Positions 8,256 to 18,316 are shown, counted from the first letter of the stretch. The stretch is DNA of 45,844 bases from Myxococcota bacterium (GCA_041288095.1 JBGGMJ010000203.1:1-45844); one strand, 5' to 3'. Notes: generated by a model not told the origin, from the sequence alone. Numbers and translations are program-made.

Positions 8256-8773
8256 GAGCCCCCCAGCCTGTTGTCGAGCCAGCGGCGCAGCTCCTGGCCG
8301 CTGATGACGCCGGGCGACTTCTCGCGGACGACACCGTCCTTGTCGACGAGGTAGGTCTCGGGCACTCCGGAGATTCCGTAATCGATGGCCACCGAGGTCG
8401 TCGGATCGAGCAGGTGTGGATAAGCGCTCGCGTGCTTCTGCAGGTAGTCGCGCACAGCCTCTTCGCTGTCCTGATAGACGATGCCGACGAATTGCACGGT
8501 CTCGCCGTAGTAGCTCGACGCCTGCTGCAGCATGTCGTGCTCGTATTTGCAGGGCTCGCACCAGCTCGCCCAGAAGTTGATGACCACGGGCTTACCGCGC
8601 AGCTCGGACAGCTTCATGGTGGCGCCGGAGAGCGTGCGCAGGGTGAAGTCCGGCGCTGGTTTGTCGCGCAAGGCGAAGGGCACGGCGTGAGGATCCCGCC
8701 CGAAGCCGAAAGCCAAGAGGCCGATGAGCGGCAGCGCGATCAAGGCCGCGATGATGACGTTGCGCCATTTCAT
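8252..8773 (-). CDS. ccmG: CcmG/DsbE (TlpA-family) thiol-disulfide oxidoreductase
   Basis: N-terminal TM, APDFTL, GKPVVINFWASWCEPC, YGISGVPETYLVDKDG; within the ccm operon. Confidence 0.85.
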   Translation of the reverse strand: MKWRNVIIAALIALPLIGLLAFGFGRDPHAVPFALRDKPAPDFTLRTLSGATMKLSELRGKPVVINFWASWCEPCKYEHDMLQQASSYYGETVQFVGIVYQDSEEAVRDYLQKHASAYPHLLDPTTSVAIDYGISGVPETYLVDKDGVVREKSPGVISGQELRRWLDNRLGGS

Positions 8774-10752
8774 GTCGCCGCCGCCCCCTCGGGCAGGGTC
8801 GCTTCACGCGTGCGGCGCTTCGGCCACAAAGCAATGAGCGAGCCGGCCGCGAGCAGCGGAATGGCGTACCACAGCCACACGACCAGCGGGATGGTGAACG
8901 CGCGCACGCCGATGCGACTGCCGTCTCGCTCCATCGACAAGAGCGACAAGTACAAATCGGTTTGACCGATCGTATAGACGTCGGGCGTTCCAATCGGCTC
9001 GCGCTGGCGGTCATAGTAGTTGAGCGCGGGCGCCATGTAACCTACGACCTTGTCGCCTTCTTTCACGAGCATGTGCGCTAAAACGGTGTCGCGATGCTCC
9101 TGCTTCTTCATGCCACCGCGCTCGTAGGTGAGCGTGTATTTGCCGACCTGGAAGCTATCGCCGGGCGATAGCGACGCCTCGGTGGTCGACTTGTAGGTCG
9201 CCGAAGCGGACACAGCGGCGACGATCATGATGACCGCGGTGTGCACCACGTAGCCGCCGAAGCGCCGGCGGTTCGCCGCGATGCTGCCGGCGAGCGCGGA
9301 GAAAAAGCTCTCCTTGCGGCGCTTGCGACGCTCGCGGGCCGGCGCCACCATCTCGCGCAGGGTCACCGCCATGGCGAAACCACAGAGACCGAAGGTGAAG
9401 AGCGTGAGCCACTCGCGCACCCCGAAGGCGAAACACACGGCCATCACGACCGCCAAAGCGGCCACCGGCAAGCGGAAGCTGCGGAGCACCTCGCTGCTTT
9501 GCGGCTTGCCCCAAGGCAGCACCGGGCCGACGCCCATCATGAAGACCATGAGCAGGCCGATGGGTACCGCCATGCGGTTGAAGTAGGGCTCGCCGACGCT
9601 CACCTGCGTGCCGCGCACCGCTTCGGTGACCAGTGGAAACACCGTGCCCAGGAGCACCGTGAAGGTGAGCACGACGAACACCAGGTTGTTGAGCAGGAAG
9701 GCGCTCTCGCGGCTCACCACTGCCTCGATGCGACCTTCGCTCTCGAGCAAATGCGCGCGGCCGACGAGCAAGCCGATCGAGCCGAGCATGACGATGGCGA
9801 GGAAGGTGAGAAACACCGGCCCGATCGGTGACTGCGTGAACGAGTGCACCGAGTTGAAGACACCCGAGCGGGTCATGAAGGTGCCGAGAATGGTGAGCAG
9901 GAAGGCGCCGAGCACCAGCGACAAGGTCCAGGCCTTCAAGATGCGGCGGCGCTCTTGCACGACGGTCGAATGCAGATAACCCGTCGCGGCGAGCCAAGGC
10001 AGCAGCGAGGCGTTCTCGACGGGATCCCAGGCCCAATAGCCGCCCCAACCGAGCACTTCGTAGGCCCACCAGCCGCCGAGGACGATGCCGATGGAGAGGA
10101 AGGTCCACGGGATCATGGTCCAGCGGCGCAGCGGCTTGAGCCACCCTTCGGAGAGGCGCCCCCGCAGCAAGGCGGCGACGGCAATGCCGAACGGGATCGT
10201 CATGCCCACGTAGCCCAGGTAGAGCGACGGCGGGTGGATGACCATCAAGAGGTGATTCTGCAATAGCGGATTCGGGCCCGGGCCGTCGGGCGGCACCGGC
10301 GACATCGCCGTGAATGGATTCGCGACGCCCGCCACCAACAAGGCGAAGAACGCCGCGACGAAGAGAATCGTCCCGAGCGCGTACGCCATGTACTCGCGGT
10401 ATGCCTGACGGTTGAAATACGTGAACGCCGCGACGTAGGCCCCGAGGATCGCCCCCCAAAACAAGATTGAGCCCTCGAGCGAGGACCACAGCGAGACGAT
10501 GGTGACCCAGGTCGGTGAGGCGCGACTGCCGACCTGAGCGACGTAGCTCACCGAGAAGTCATGGGCGAGCAGGGCGCGCATCATGACGACGTTGGCGACG
10601 ACCATGGCGCCGGCGAACACATATGCGGCTCGTTCGGTCAGCTGTAGCAAGCGCAAGCTCTGGCGTGCGCCGGCGACGAAGCCGACCACGACACCGAAGC
10701 TCGCGGCTAGGAGCGCTACGAGAACCGCGCCTTGTCCCAGAAGCGAATGCAT
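8770..10752 (-). CDS. ccmF: Heme lyase CcmF
   Basis: NPLLQN..M.IHPP..YLGY, WAYEVLGWGGYWAWDPVENASL, TRSGV..SVHSF. Confidence 0.97.
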   Translation of the reverse strand: MHSLLGQGAVLVALLAASFGVVVGFVAGARQSLRLLQLTERAAYVFAGAMVVANVVMMRALLAHDFSVSYVAQVGSRASPTWVTIVSLWSSLEGSILFWGAILGAYVAAFTYFNRQAYREYMAYALGTILFVAAFFALLVAGVANPFTAMSPVPPDGPGPNPLLQNHLLMVIHPPSLYLGYVGMTIPFGIAVAALLRGRLSEGWLKPLRRWTMIPWTFLSIGIVLGGWWAYEVLGWGGYWAWDPVENASLLPWLAATGYLHSTVVQERRRILKAWTLSLVLGAFLLTILGTFMTRSGVFNSVHSFTQSPIGPVFLTFLAIVMLGSIGLLVGRAHLLESEGRIEAVVSRESAFLLNNLVFVVLTFTVLLGTVFPLVTEAVRGTQVSVGEPYFNRMAVPIGLLMVFMMGVGPVLPWGKPQSSEVLRSFRLPVAALAVVMAVCFAFGVREWLTLFTFGLCGFAMAVTLREMVAPARERRKRRKESFFSALAGSIAANRRRFGGYVVHTAVIMIVAAVSASATYKSTTEASLSPGDSFQVGKYTLTYERGGMKKQEHRDTVLAHMLVKEGDKVVGYMAPALNYYDRQREPIGTPDVYTIGQTDLYLSLLSMERDGSRIGVRAFTIPLVVWLWYAIPLLAAGSLIALWPKRRTREATLPEGAAAT

Positions 10753-10761
10753 TGCCCTACG

Positions 10762-11451
10762 CTATAGGCGCAGACGGCGTGCGCCCACAACTGGAGCGTG
10801 GCTCACCAAGAGACATGCGAAGCCGAGCTCCCTCTGCAGCGTCGTCAGGGTTTGCAGCGCTTCGGCCCGTGCCGCCTCGTCCAGGGCCGAGACCGGTTCG
10901 TCCGCGAGGACCAGCTCGGGGGTGCCGACCAGGGCGCGAGCAAGTGCGACACGTTGCCGCTCGCCACCCGAGAGCGTCGCCGGATAGCGGCCGGCGAGCT
11001 CGTGAGCCCGCGTTCGCTCGAGCGCCTCTCTCGCGAGCTTATCGGCTTCGGCCTTGCCCGAGCCCGTGAGCACCAGCGGCTCCGCCACGCTCTCGACGAT
11101 CGTGAAGCGCGGATCGAGCGCCGCGCTGGGATGCTGGAAGAGCAGGCGAACGCGCCGCCGATAATCGCGCAGGGCCGGTCCACGGACACGCGTTACGTCG
11201 TGGCCCTTCCACAGCAGCGCTCCGTCATCGGGCGTGAGGAGCCGGGCCAAGCAATGCAGCAATGTCGTCTTACCCGCGCCGCTCGCGCCTTCGACGACCA
11301 CGAGCTCGCCGCGTCCGACCTCGAAGGAGATTGGCTTCAAGGCCTGCACGGTGCGGCGTTCGAAGCCGGGCAGGCGATGATTTTTTGCGAGCTTACGGAC
11401 CTGTAGCAGCGGCGCCGCGTCGACCTCGCCGCTATAGCAGACAGACGTCAA
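10762..11451 (-). CDS. Peptide/nickel ABC transporter ATP-binding subunit (short)
   Basis: GASGAGKTT, FQHPSAALDPR, LSGGERQR, LADEPVSALD, H-loop VSH; ends about 11 aa after the H-loop. Start uncertain. Confidence 0.85.
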   Translation of the reverse strand: MTSVCYSGEVDAAPLLQVRKLAKNHRLPGFERRTVQALKPISFEVGRGELVVVEGASGAGKTTLLHCLARLLTPDDGALLWKGHDVTRVRGPALRDYRRRVRLLFQHPSAALDPRFTIVESVAEPLVLTGSGKAEADKLAREALERTRAHELAGRYPATLSGGERQRVALARALVGTPELVLADEPVSALDEAARAEALQTLTTLQRELGFACLLVSHAPVVGARRLRL

Positions 11452-12140
11452 TCGGTGAGGCTCGCCATGATCTCTTCGATCATCTCATCGGCGGGAAGGC
11501 CGTGGGCCACCAGCACGCGCGCGATACCGACCAGCATGACCCGGGCATCGGGGAGGTGGCGTGGATCGTACGAAGTGCCGTTGAACGCGCCGGTCAACGC
11601 CTTGCGCGTGCGGTCGGGATGCCCCGCGGCTCCGGCGAGCTTCTGCAAGGCCTCGAGCGCCTTGGGATCCGGCATGAGCTGATCCATGGAGATGCGGCTC
11701 ACCGGGGGTGGCTCTTCCATCGAGAGTGGGAGCTGCGGCGCCAGCGGATCGTCATGCGGCGCGACGACCGGCGGTAGCAGCGCCGCCATGTCTTCCGGAT
11801 TGGTGCCGGAGACCATGGCGCGCAGGTCGGCCGGTGGCGCGCTCGTCGGGTCAGTCAGCATGGACTCGAGGTCCACGTCGGCGGGCGAGCTGGTAACCGG
11901 AAGATTGCCGGTCGGCGCCGGCTCGGCCGTCATCGCCCCTGGGAACACGGGGGGCGCGTCCGGCTCGAGCGAGACGTCGACGTCACCACCGATGGGGGCC
12001 CCACGGGCCAGCTCCTCGGCCGCGGCGCGCAGCTCGCGCTCGGTTTCCGCCGAAATGATCCCACGTGACATGGGACGCGGCTTTTCGGCCACGACGTCGC
12101 CTTCACGGAGGTCCGGTACCTCGTCGGATGCCCTGGCCAT
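11448..12140 (-). CDS. Hypothetical acidic Pro-rich protein with helical C-terminal domain
   Basis: C-terminal half of track ORF 11448..12836; ATG 12140 (MARASDEVPDLREG) lies 17 nt after the permease stop and its stop overlaps the ATPase start. Confidence 0.65.
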   Translation of the reverse strand: MARASDEVPDLREGDVVAEKPRPMSRGIISAETERELRAAAEELARGAPIGGDVDVSLEPDAPPVFPGAMTAEPAPTGNLPVTSSPADVDLESMLTDPTSAPPADLRAMVSGTNPEDMAALLPPVVAPHDDPLAPQLPLSMEEPPPVSRISMDQLMPDPKALEALQKLAGAAGHPDRTRKALTGAFNGTSYDPRHLPDARVMLVGIARVLVAHGLPADEMIEEIMASLTD

Positions 12141-12157
12141 GGTGCGCTTTGAAGGTA

Positions 12158-12988
12158 TCAGGGGCCGGCCCGATCCGACAACAATCGACTGTCGCGAGCC
12201 GAGGCGACCTCGCCAAGGACGTTGCAGGCGATGGTCAGGCTGAGGAGCGCAAGCCCCGGGCCGAGGATGAGCCACCACGCTTCGAGATGCTGCGCCGCGC
12301 CGCGCATGAGACCGCCCCAGCTGGCGACGGCGTCCGGTACGCCGAAACCCAAGAACGAAAGCGAGGCCTCGACCAGCGCCGCGGTGGCGACCCCGAAGGC
12401 GAAAGCGACCGCCACCAACGGCACGAGGTGTGGCAGGACGTGGCGCCGCGCCACATAGAGCGATGAAGCCCCCATGGCTTCGGCGGCTCGGACGAAATCG
12501 AGTGTCTTCAAGCGCTTGGTCTCGGCGCGTATCAAGCGCGCGAGTGGCGGCCAGGCCGAGCCACCGATGATGACGATGACGAGCAAGGTGCCCGGCTGGG
12601 CGACGACCCCCATGACCGCGAGCGCCACGAAGAAGATCGGCAGCGCCAGCACGGCGTCGGTGAGGCGTGTGAGCAGGCGATCGAGCGCCGGTGGTCCGTA
12701 GCCGGCGGCGAGCCCGATGGCGACCCCGATGACGATCATGATCGTCGCCGCGCCAAAGCCCACCGCGAAGGCGAGGCGAGCGCCGTGGACGAGCCGCGCC
12801 AGCACATCGCGCCGCGCTGTGTCGGTGCCGAGCCAATGACTCGAATCCGGCGGACTCGCCGGCGTCACGTTCTTGTCGACGGTTTCCGGCGCCCAGCGCA
12901 CCAGACCGTCGTCACGCGCGATCACGTCCGCTAAAGCGGCAACAACGAGCCAGGCCGCGAGGACCCCGATGGCGATCTTGCGCGTCAT
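12158..12988 (-). CDS. Peptide ABC transporter permease (DppC/OppC-like)
   Basis: HWLGTD...RDVLARLVHGAR, EAA loop DFVRAAEAMGAS, EASLSFLGFG, SWG. Confidence 0.92.
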   Translation of the reverse strand: MTRKIAIGVLAAWLVVAALADVIARDDGLVRWAPETVDKNVTPASPPDSSHWLGTDTARRDVLARLVHGARLAFAVGFGAATIMIVIGVAIGLAAGYGPPALDRLLTRLTDAVLALPIFFVALAVMGVVAQPGTLLVIVIIGGSAWPPLARLIRAETKRLKTLDFVRAAEAMGASSLYVARRHVLPHLVPLVAVAFAFGVATAALVEASLSFLGFGVPDAVASWGGLMRGAAQHLEAWWLILGPGLALLSLTIACNVLGEVASARDSRLLSDRAGP

Positions 12989-13878
12989 GCGCGCCGCAGC
13001 CGCGGGTCGAGCCAGGTTTGTACGACATCGCCGAGCAAGCTGCTGGCCAGGGCGACGATGGCGACGATGGCGGTGGCGCCCATGATGACGGGCACGTCAC
13101 GTCGCAGGATGGCGTCGAAGGTCAACATGCCCATGCCGCGCACGGTGAAGATGCGCTCGACGACGACGCTGCCGCCGAGGAGCCACGGCAGCTCGGCGGC
13201 GAGGAGCGCCAGCGGCGCGGTCAACGCCGCGCGCAGGATGTATCGCCTGACGACGAGCGACTCGGGCAAGCCCTTGGCGCGGGCCAGCAGCACCGGGGCC
13301 GTGCTCGCTACCTCGCGTGTCGCGGCTTTCTGATAGCGGGCAATCCGCGCCAGCCCCGGATACGTGAGACACAAGATGGGCAAGACGAACGAGCCACGCA
13401 CGGAGAACAGCGTCGAGGCCGCGAGCCCCAGGAGCAGCGCGCCCCAGAACACCGGCACGCCGTGCAAGACGAACAGACCGCTATCGACGACAGACGCAAC
13501 CCGGCGCTTGCGCGTCAATGCCAGGTACAACCCCAGCGGCACCGCCAACACATAGGTGAGCAGCGCCGCCGACCCCGCGATGACGAGCGTCGAGCCGAGC
13601 GCTTCGCCGAGCAGCTCGCGCACCGGCCGCGTGTCGATGAACGAGCGGCCGAAGTCGAGCGACAGGCTCGCGGCGAGCCAGCGGCCGTATTGCGTCCACA
13701 ACGGCTGGTTCTGACCGCGCAGCTCACGCCACGCTCCGATGGTCGCGTCGTCGGCGACGCCGCTCAGCGCATCGCCGACGTATGGATCACCCGGCGCGAC
13801 GCGCGACAACGCGAACGTCAGCAGCGTGATCATGAGGAACGTGAGCACGAGGTCGGCGAATCGTTTCGCCAATCTCAC
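12985..13878 (-). CDS. Peptide ABC transporter permease (DppB/OppB-like)
   Basis: APGDP, QY.RWL....DFGRS, ARAKGL, GSVVVERIF..RGMG, RRD.PVI, LDPRLR. Confidence 0.92.
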   Translation of the reverse strand: MRLAKRFADLVLTFLMITLLTFALSRVAPGDPYVGDALSGVADDATIGAWRELRGQNQPLWTQYGRWLAASLSLDFGRSFIDTRPVRELLGEALGSTLVIAGSAALLTYVLAVPLGLYLALTRKRRVASVVDSGLFVLHGVPVFWGALLLGLAASTLFSVRGSFVLPILCLTYPGLARIARYQKAATREVASTAPVLLARAKGLPESLVVRRYILRAALTAPLALLAAELPWLLGGSVVVERIFTVRGMGMLTFDAILRRDVPVIMGATAIVAIVALASSLLGDVVQTWLDPRLRRA

Positions 13879-15569
13879 CGCGCCGCTCCCACCGCGAAGA
13901 AGTCGTCGTAACGAAACAGCCCGTAAGGCGTCGAGTACACGCCGCCGAAGCGCTTCGACACCATCGACAAGTTGTAGCGATTGAAGAGCAGGGTGATCGG
14001 CTCTTGCTCGTGCAGGAGCTCGCTGAAGCGCTGATAGATGGCGGCTCGCTTCTCGCGATCGAACTCACGGCGCGCGTCCTCGAGCATGGTGTCCGCTTCG
14101 GCGTTCTTGAAGCCGACCCAGTTCGAGCCTTCCTTGATGCTGCTCGAGTGCCAGATTGGATAGGGGTCGCCCTTGGGCTCGAGCTTCCACACCAGAGAGC
14201 AAGCTTCGAACTCTTGCCGGCGTAGACGCTCGGTGTAGACCGACCACTCGAGCTTCGCGGTGCTCACGGCGATCTTGGCGGCGCGCATCTCCGTGGTGAT
14301 GAGGGCGGCCAGCTGCTCGTAGAGCGGATTGTTGGTCGGATAGAGGAAGGTGAACGCGAGCTCGACGCCGCCTTTGTCGAGGGTGCCGTCGCCGTTGCTG
14401 TCACGCCACCCGGCCTCGGCGAGCAGCTTCGCAGCGCCCGCGGGATCGTAGGGCCACGGCGTGATGCGTGGATTGTGCTCCGGCGACCCTGGGTAGAACC
14501 ATGACGCCGCCGGCACATCGAGACCGAGCCGGAGGTTCTGCACGATGTCTTCGCGATCGATGAGCATGGTCAGCGCTCGCCGCACGCGCGCATCGCTGAA
14601 CATCGGCTTGGCTGCATTCCAGCCGATCCACTGGATGCCGTCGGGGACGTGCCGCAGTCGGTGGAACTTGTCCGCTAGAGCGGCGTCTTGGGTCAGCGCC
14701 TTCCACTGCTCGGGGGCGAGGCGCTCGACCACATCGAGCTCGCCATTGCGGATCATCTGCGCGCGCATCTGCGCGTCCGGCACGTAAACGAACGTGAGAG
14801 TGTCGAGGTGCCCCGGCGTACCGTAGTAGCTCTTGTTCTTCGCGAGCGTGAGGTGATCGCCGGTCTTCCACTCGACGAACTTGTAGCGCCCCGTGCCGAT
14901 GGGCGCGCGGTTCGCCGGATGCGCGTTGAAGTCGCCGCTCGCGAAGACGTGCTTCGGATAGATGTAGATGTCGGTGATGGCTTCGAGCGCGAACCAGTAG
15001 GGCTGCGAGGTGGTGAAGACGACGGTGTGCGGATCTTCGGCGACGACGGAGGTAATGGGCTCGACGTAGCCGCGCATACCCGTCGCCGCCACCTTGGGAT
15101 CGCGCAGCTTCTCGAAGGTGAACACGACGTCGTCGGCGCTGAAGGGCTTGCCGTCGTGCCACTTCACGCCGCGCCGCAGGCGGAAGCGGAAGGTGCGACG
15201 GTCCTCGGAGATCTCCCACGACTCGGCGAGACGAGGCTCGGGACGCCAGTTGCGTGGGTCGGCCTGGGCCAACGATTCGTAGATGTAATAGGCGAGGTCG
15301 CGGCCGCGTGCGTCCACGGGATCGAGCTGCGGGTTCAAGTGCGGCGGCTCGGAAGCCATGCCAATGCGCAGGGTGCCGCCTTCGACGCGCGTGCCCTGTT
15401 CGCTGATCGCCGGCAGGGTGTCGCCCCGGTAGACGCTGGGAGCCACCGGCCGCGGCGGCGGCTCGCTTTTTTCGGACGCCTTTTCGCTAGAGCAGCCGGT
15501 GCAGACCGCTAAAGCGAACGCCAACCATGATGTCTTACCCGGTGAGCCCGTGAACGATCTCCGATTCAA
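13875..15569 (-). CDS. Peptide ABC transporter substrate-binding lipoprotein (SBP family 5)
   Basis: Lipobox-like VCTGC, GGTLRI, LAESWEIS.D...F.F.LR.GVKWHDG.PFSADDVVFT, PIGTG.YKF, FSDARVRRAL, GWRDSNGDG. TTG start is uncertain and overlaps the upstream gene. Confidence 0.93.
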   Translation of the reverse strand: MNRRSFTGSPGKTSWLAFALAVCTGCSSEKASEKSEPPPRPVAPSVYRGDTLPAISEQGTRVEGGTLRIGMASEPPHLNPQLDPVDARGRDLAYYIYESLAQADPRNWRPEPRLAESWEISEDRRTFRFRLRRGVKWHDGKPFSADDVVFTFEKLRDPKVAATGMRGYVEPITSVVAEDPHTVVFTTSQPYWFALEAITDIYIYPKHVFASGDFNAHPANRAPIGTGRYKFVEWKTGDHLTLAKNKSYYGTPGHLDTLTFVYVPDAQMRAQMIRNGELDVVERLAPEQWKALTQDAALADKFHRLRHVPDGIQWIGWNAAKPMFSDARVRRALTMLIDREDIVQNLRLGLDVPAASWFYPGSPEHNPRITPWPYDPAGAAKLLAEAGWRDSNGDGTLDKGGVELAFTFLYPTNNPLYEQLAALITTEMRAAKIAVSTAKLEWSVYTERLRRQEFEACSLVWKLEPKGDPYPIWHSSSIKEGSNWVGFKNAEADTMLEDARREFDREKRAAIYQRFSELLHEQEPITLLFNRYNLSMVSKRFGGVYSTPYGLFRYDDFFAVGAAR

Positions 15570-17010
15570 TCGCCTGCGGGATGATGGCGCCGCTTTCGGG
15601 GTCGATGCAAACGTACATGCGTCGCATGACGCCCGACATCGCCGAGTGGGCGTTGTAATCGGTGATCCAGAAACACATCAGCTGATCGTTGCGCTGCTCG
15701 TCGTAGGCCATTTTCGGCACTTCCTCGTGCCAGTCGCGCTTCTGCAGCGCCTCCTCGTCTTGTTGATCGTCGTCGCGGCCCTGCTGTTGTTGTTGCTGCT
15801 GCTGGCGCTCGCGCTCACGTTCGCGCTCGTACACACGCGAGTGCGCCTCTTGCTGGCGCCGGTGCGCGGCGAGCTCGGTCCAGAAGAGGTTCTCGAGGTA
15901 CCAGGCTTGCACCAGCTCCTGCGCGTCACCACGGCCGAGCTGCCGTCCGATCTGTTCGCGGTCCGCGAGCATGATGTCACTCGCCCGGCGTGCGGCGCTG
16001 CGCGCCCAGTGCATGAGATCGCGTTTGACGATGGGCCGGCTGCCCTTCGAGGTCTTGCCGAAGCCACCGAGTGATTCGCGCAGCTTCTTGTAGAGCGCCG
16101 TGAGCTCTTCGTGCGAGAGCGCGCGCATCGCCGCCATGGTGCCGAGCATGGCGACGCCGGCGTCCTTCAAGCCCAGCAGGAACTCCGGGCGCATGCCGAG
16201 CTCGCCGTTGCGGCCGGGGCCGATCTTCAAGAGCTCGGCGCGCATGAGCAAGGTGAGGAGCTCGCCGCGGCCCATTCCCAAGGCCTCCGCCAAAGCGGCT
16301 CGATCGCCCGGCATCGCGCCGGTACGAACGAGCTGCAGCGGATCACTGATGCCGAGGCGCCCGAAGACGTCGGCAAGCTCGTCGCCGAAGGTCGCCTTCA
16401 TCAGCGCCAGGCGCTGGGTCGGAGATAGATCGCTCGGTGCGCGCTCGACGAGATGCGGCAGGCGCAGGCTCGCGCCATCGAGAGCCGACAAGCGCTGCCC
16501 GAGGATCTCGATGAGGGTCGTGCCTTCGCCCTTCGGCGAGGCGACGCCATGGCGATCACGCACCAGCGCCTGCGGGATGTGCGTGACCTTCTGGACGAAC
16601 TGGGTCCACTGCAGCGCTTGATGCGGCGTCGACTGATCTGTCGCTGCCTGGCGGGCGGCTTCGGGCGTCGGCGCTTGGCCGAAGCGGTTCTGCGGGTTCG
16701 GATCGTTGGCGTTGGCGAAGCGCTGCATCAGCTTCGCCAGGACCGCGTCGTTTGCCGAGCCGGTCTGGAGCTGTTGCGCTAGCTGCTCGGGGAGCTGGCC
16801 CCGAAGCTGCTCGACCAGCATGCGCCCCATGGCCTCTTTGGCCGGCTCCGACAGCTCGGCAGGGTTGAGCCTCGCCAGCTCGACAGCGGCTGTCCGGTCT
16901 TTGCGGATTTGCGTGAGCAGCGCATAGGCCGCATCGTCCGACCGCTGACGGGCCCTGTTGCCCTCATCAACGTGGGACAAATCCACTTTATTTTCGCGGA
17001 TTTCGACCAT
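15535..17010 (-). CDS. Hypothetical protein with DUF4332-like helix-hairpin-helix region, poly-Q linker and small Cys-containing C-terminal domain
   Basis: ATG 17010 MVEIRENKVDLS (GTG 17043 also in frame). LGISDPLQL...GDRAALAEALG...LL.LL.RAELL.I...LKDAGV..L resembles DUF4332; RERERERQQQQQQQG; tail CFWI...RMYVCIDP.SG. Confidence 0.7.
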   Translation of the reverse strand: MVEIRENKVDLSHVDEGNRARQRSDDAAYALLTQIRKDRTAAVELARLNPAELSEPAKEAMGRMLVEQLRGQLPEQLAQQLQTGSANDAVLAKLMQRFANANDPNPQNRFGQAPTPEAARQAATDQSTPHQALQWTQFVQKVTHIPQALVRDRHGVASPKGEGTTLIEILGQRLSALDGASLRLPHLVERAPSDLSPTQRLALMKATFGDELADVFGRLGISDPLQLVRTGAMPGDRAALAEALGMGRGELLTLLMRAELLKIGPGRNGELGMRPEFLLGLKDAGVAMLGTMAAMRALSHEELTALYKKLRESLGGFGKTSKGSRPIVKRDLMHWARSAARRASDIMLADREQIGRQLGRGDAQELVQAWYLENLFWTELAAHRRQQEAHSRVYERERERERQQQQQQQQGRDDDQQDEEALQKRDWHEEVPKMAYDEQRNDQLMCFWITDYNAHSAMSGVMRRMYVCIDPESGAIIPQAIESEIVHGLTG

Positions 17011-17055
17011 GAACCGTCCAGTGCCCCCGGGATACGGGGCCACATGGCGGCATTA

Positions 17056-17085
17056 TACCTACGCGACAGGCGCCCGTCCCGGCTT
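17056..17085 (-). promoter_or_regulatory. Motif B promoter variant
   Basis: Minus strand AAGCC-N15-CGCGTAGGTA, overlapping a TATAAT, upstream of the 17010 gene. Confidence 0.4.
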
Positions 17086-17111
17086 GTGAATTTGCCTGTT
17101 AGGGAGCCGGC

Positions 17112-17879
17112 GTGGTAGCGCGCTTCGTCATGAACGCCCTGTACGTCGCATCGCTTTTGCTCGGGCAGACGCCCCCGGCTCCGGCCGTGGCGCCGCCCAG
17201 CTACGGGTTCATCGAATCCATGGTGACCGCCGGCCTGCCGGAAAAGGCCGTCATGGTGCTCCTCATCATCTTCTCGGTGGTGAGCTGGGCCATCATTTAC
17301 TTCAAGTGGCGCACCATTCGCCGCGCTTACGGCGACAGCGAATCGTTCCTGGACATGTTCTGGAGCAGCAAGCGCCTGGACGCCATCTACCAGAAGAGCG
17401 ACGCGTTGCCGGCTTCCCCGGTCTCGCAGGTGTTCCGCGCTGGTTACGTCGAGCTCGCGAAGCTCAAGAAGAAGGAAGAGCCGTCCCCGGGCGGGCACGT
17501 CGGCGAAACCGCGCTGGGCGACCTCGAGAGCGTCGAGCGCTCCATGCGCCGTACCGCTGCCGCGGAGCTCACCGGCCTCGAATCGATGATCCCGTTCCTC
17601 GCCACCGTGGCCTCGTCGTCGCCGTTCATCGGTCTTTTGGGCACGGTCGTCGGAATCATGACCTCGTTCCAAGACATTGGACGTATGGGTAATGCGAACC
17701 TCGCGACTGTCGCGCCGGGTATCGGTGGAGCGCTCGTGGCTACGGCCTTCGGTCTCTTCGCGGCGATCCCCGCCGTCATCGCGTACAACTTTTTCGTCGC
17801 CAAGATCCGCGTGCTCGACACCGAGATGCAGAACTTCTCGGCTGACTTTCTCAACATCATCAAGCGTCACTTCTTTTAG
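17112..17879 (+). CDS. tolQ: TolQ
   Basis: S..SWAII..K, FLATVASSSPFIGLLGTVVGIM.SF, ANLATVAPGI..ALVATAFGLFAAIPAV.AYN; AGGGAG precedes GTG 17112. Confidence 0.92.
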   Translation: MVARFVMNALYVASLLLGQTPPAPAVAPPSYGFIESMVTAGLPEKAVMVLLIIFSVVSWAIIYFKWRTIRRAYGDSESFLDMFWSSKRLDAIYQKSDALPASPVSQVFRAGYVELAKLKKKEEPSPGGHVGETALGDLESVERSMRRTAAAELTGLESMIPFLATVASSSPFIGLLGTVVGIMTSFQDIGRMGNANLATVAPGIGGALVATAFGLFAAIPAVIAYNFFVAKIRVLDTEMQNFSADFLNIIKRHFF

Positions 17880-17888
17880 GACTCCGCC

Positions 17889-18308
17889 ATGGCGATGTCA
17901 GTTGGCGGCTCGGGCCGCGCGCTAGCCGAGATCAACGTCACGCCGATGGTCGACGTGATGTTGGTGTTGCTCATCATCTTCATGGTGACGGCGCCGCTCA
18001 TTCAACAGGGTGTTCCGGTCGACTTGCCGCAGACCAAGGCGCCGACGCTCGATGTGCAAGAAGATCGCTTGGTGCTGACGGTCACCAAGGACCGCCACAT
18101 CTTCATCGGCGAGACCGAGATCCCGTACGCGCAGCTCCGCGACAAGCTGGTCGGCAACACCAAGCTCGCGCGTGACAAGCAGCTCTACCTGCACGCTGAT
18201 CGCAACTTACCCTACGGTGTGGTGGTCGATCTCATGGCCATCATCAAGGACGCGGGTGTCACCAATCTCGGGATGGTGACGGACCCCGTGCAACCGAAGA
18301 CGAAGTAG
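17889..18308 (+). CDS. tolR: TolR
   Basis: AEINVTPMVDVMLVLLIIFMVTAP, VDLP, AD..LPYG.VV..M. Confidence 0.92.
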   Translation: MAMSVGGSGRALAEINVTPMVDVMLVLLIIFMVTAPLIQQGVPVDLPQTKAPTLDVQEDRLVLTVTKDRHIFIGETEIPYAQLRDKLVGNTKLARDKQLYLHADRNLPYGVVVDLMAIIKDAGVTNLGMVTDPVQPKTK

Positions 18309-18316
18309 AGGCACTC

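Noticed and set aside
10762..11451. ATPase upstream of ccmF as CcmA
   Set aside because: FQHPSAALDPR and ADEPVSALD are peptide-ABC signatures; no ccmB/C/E nearby.
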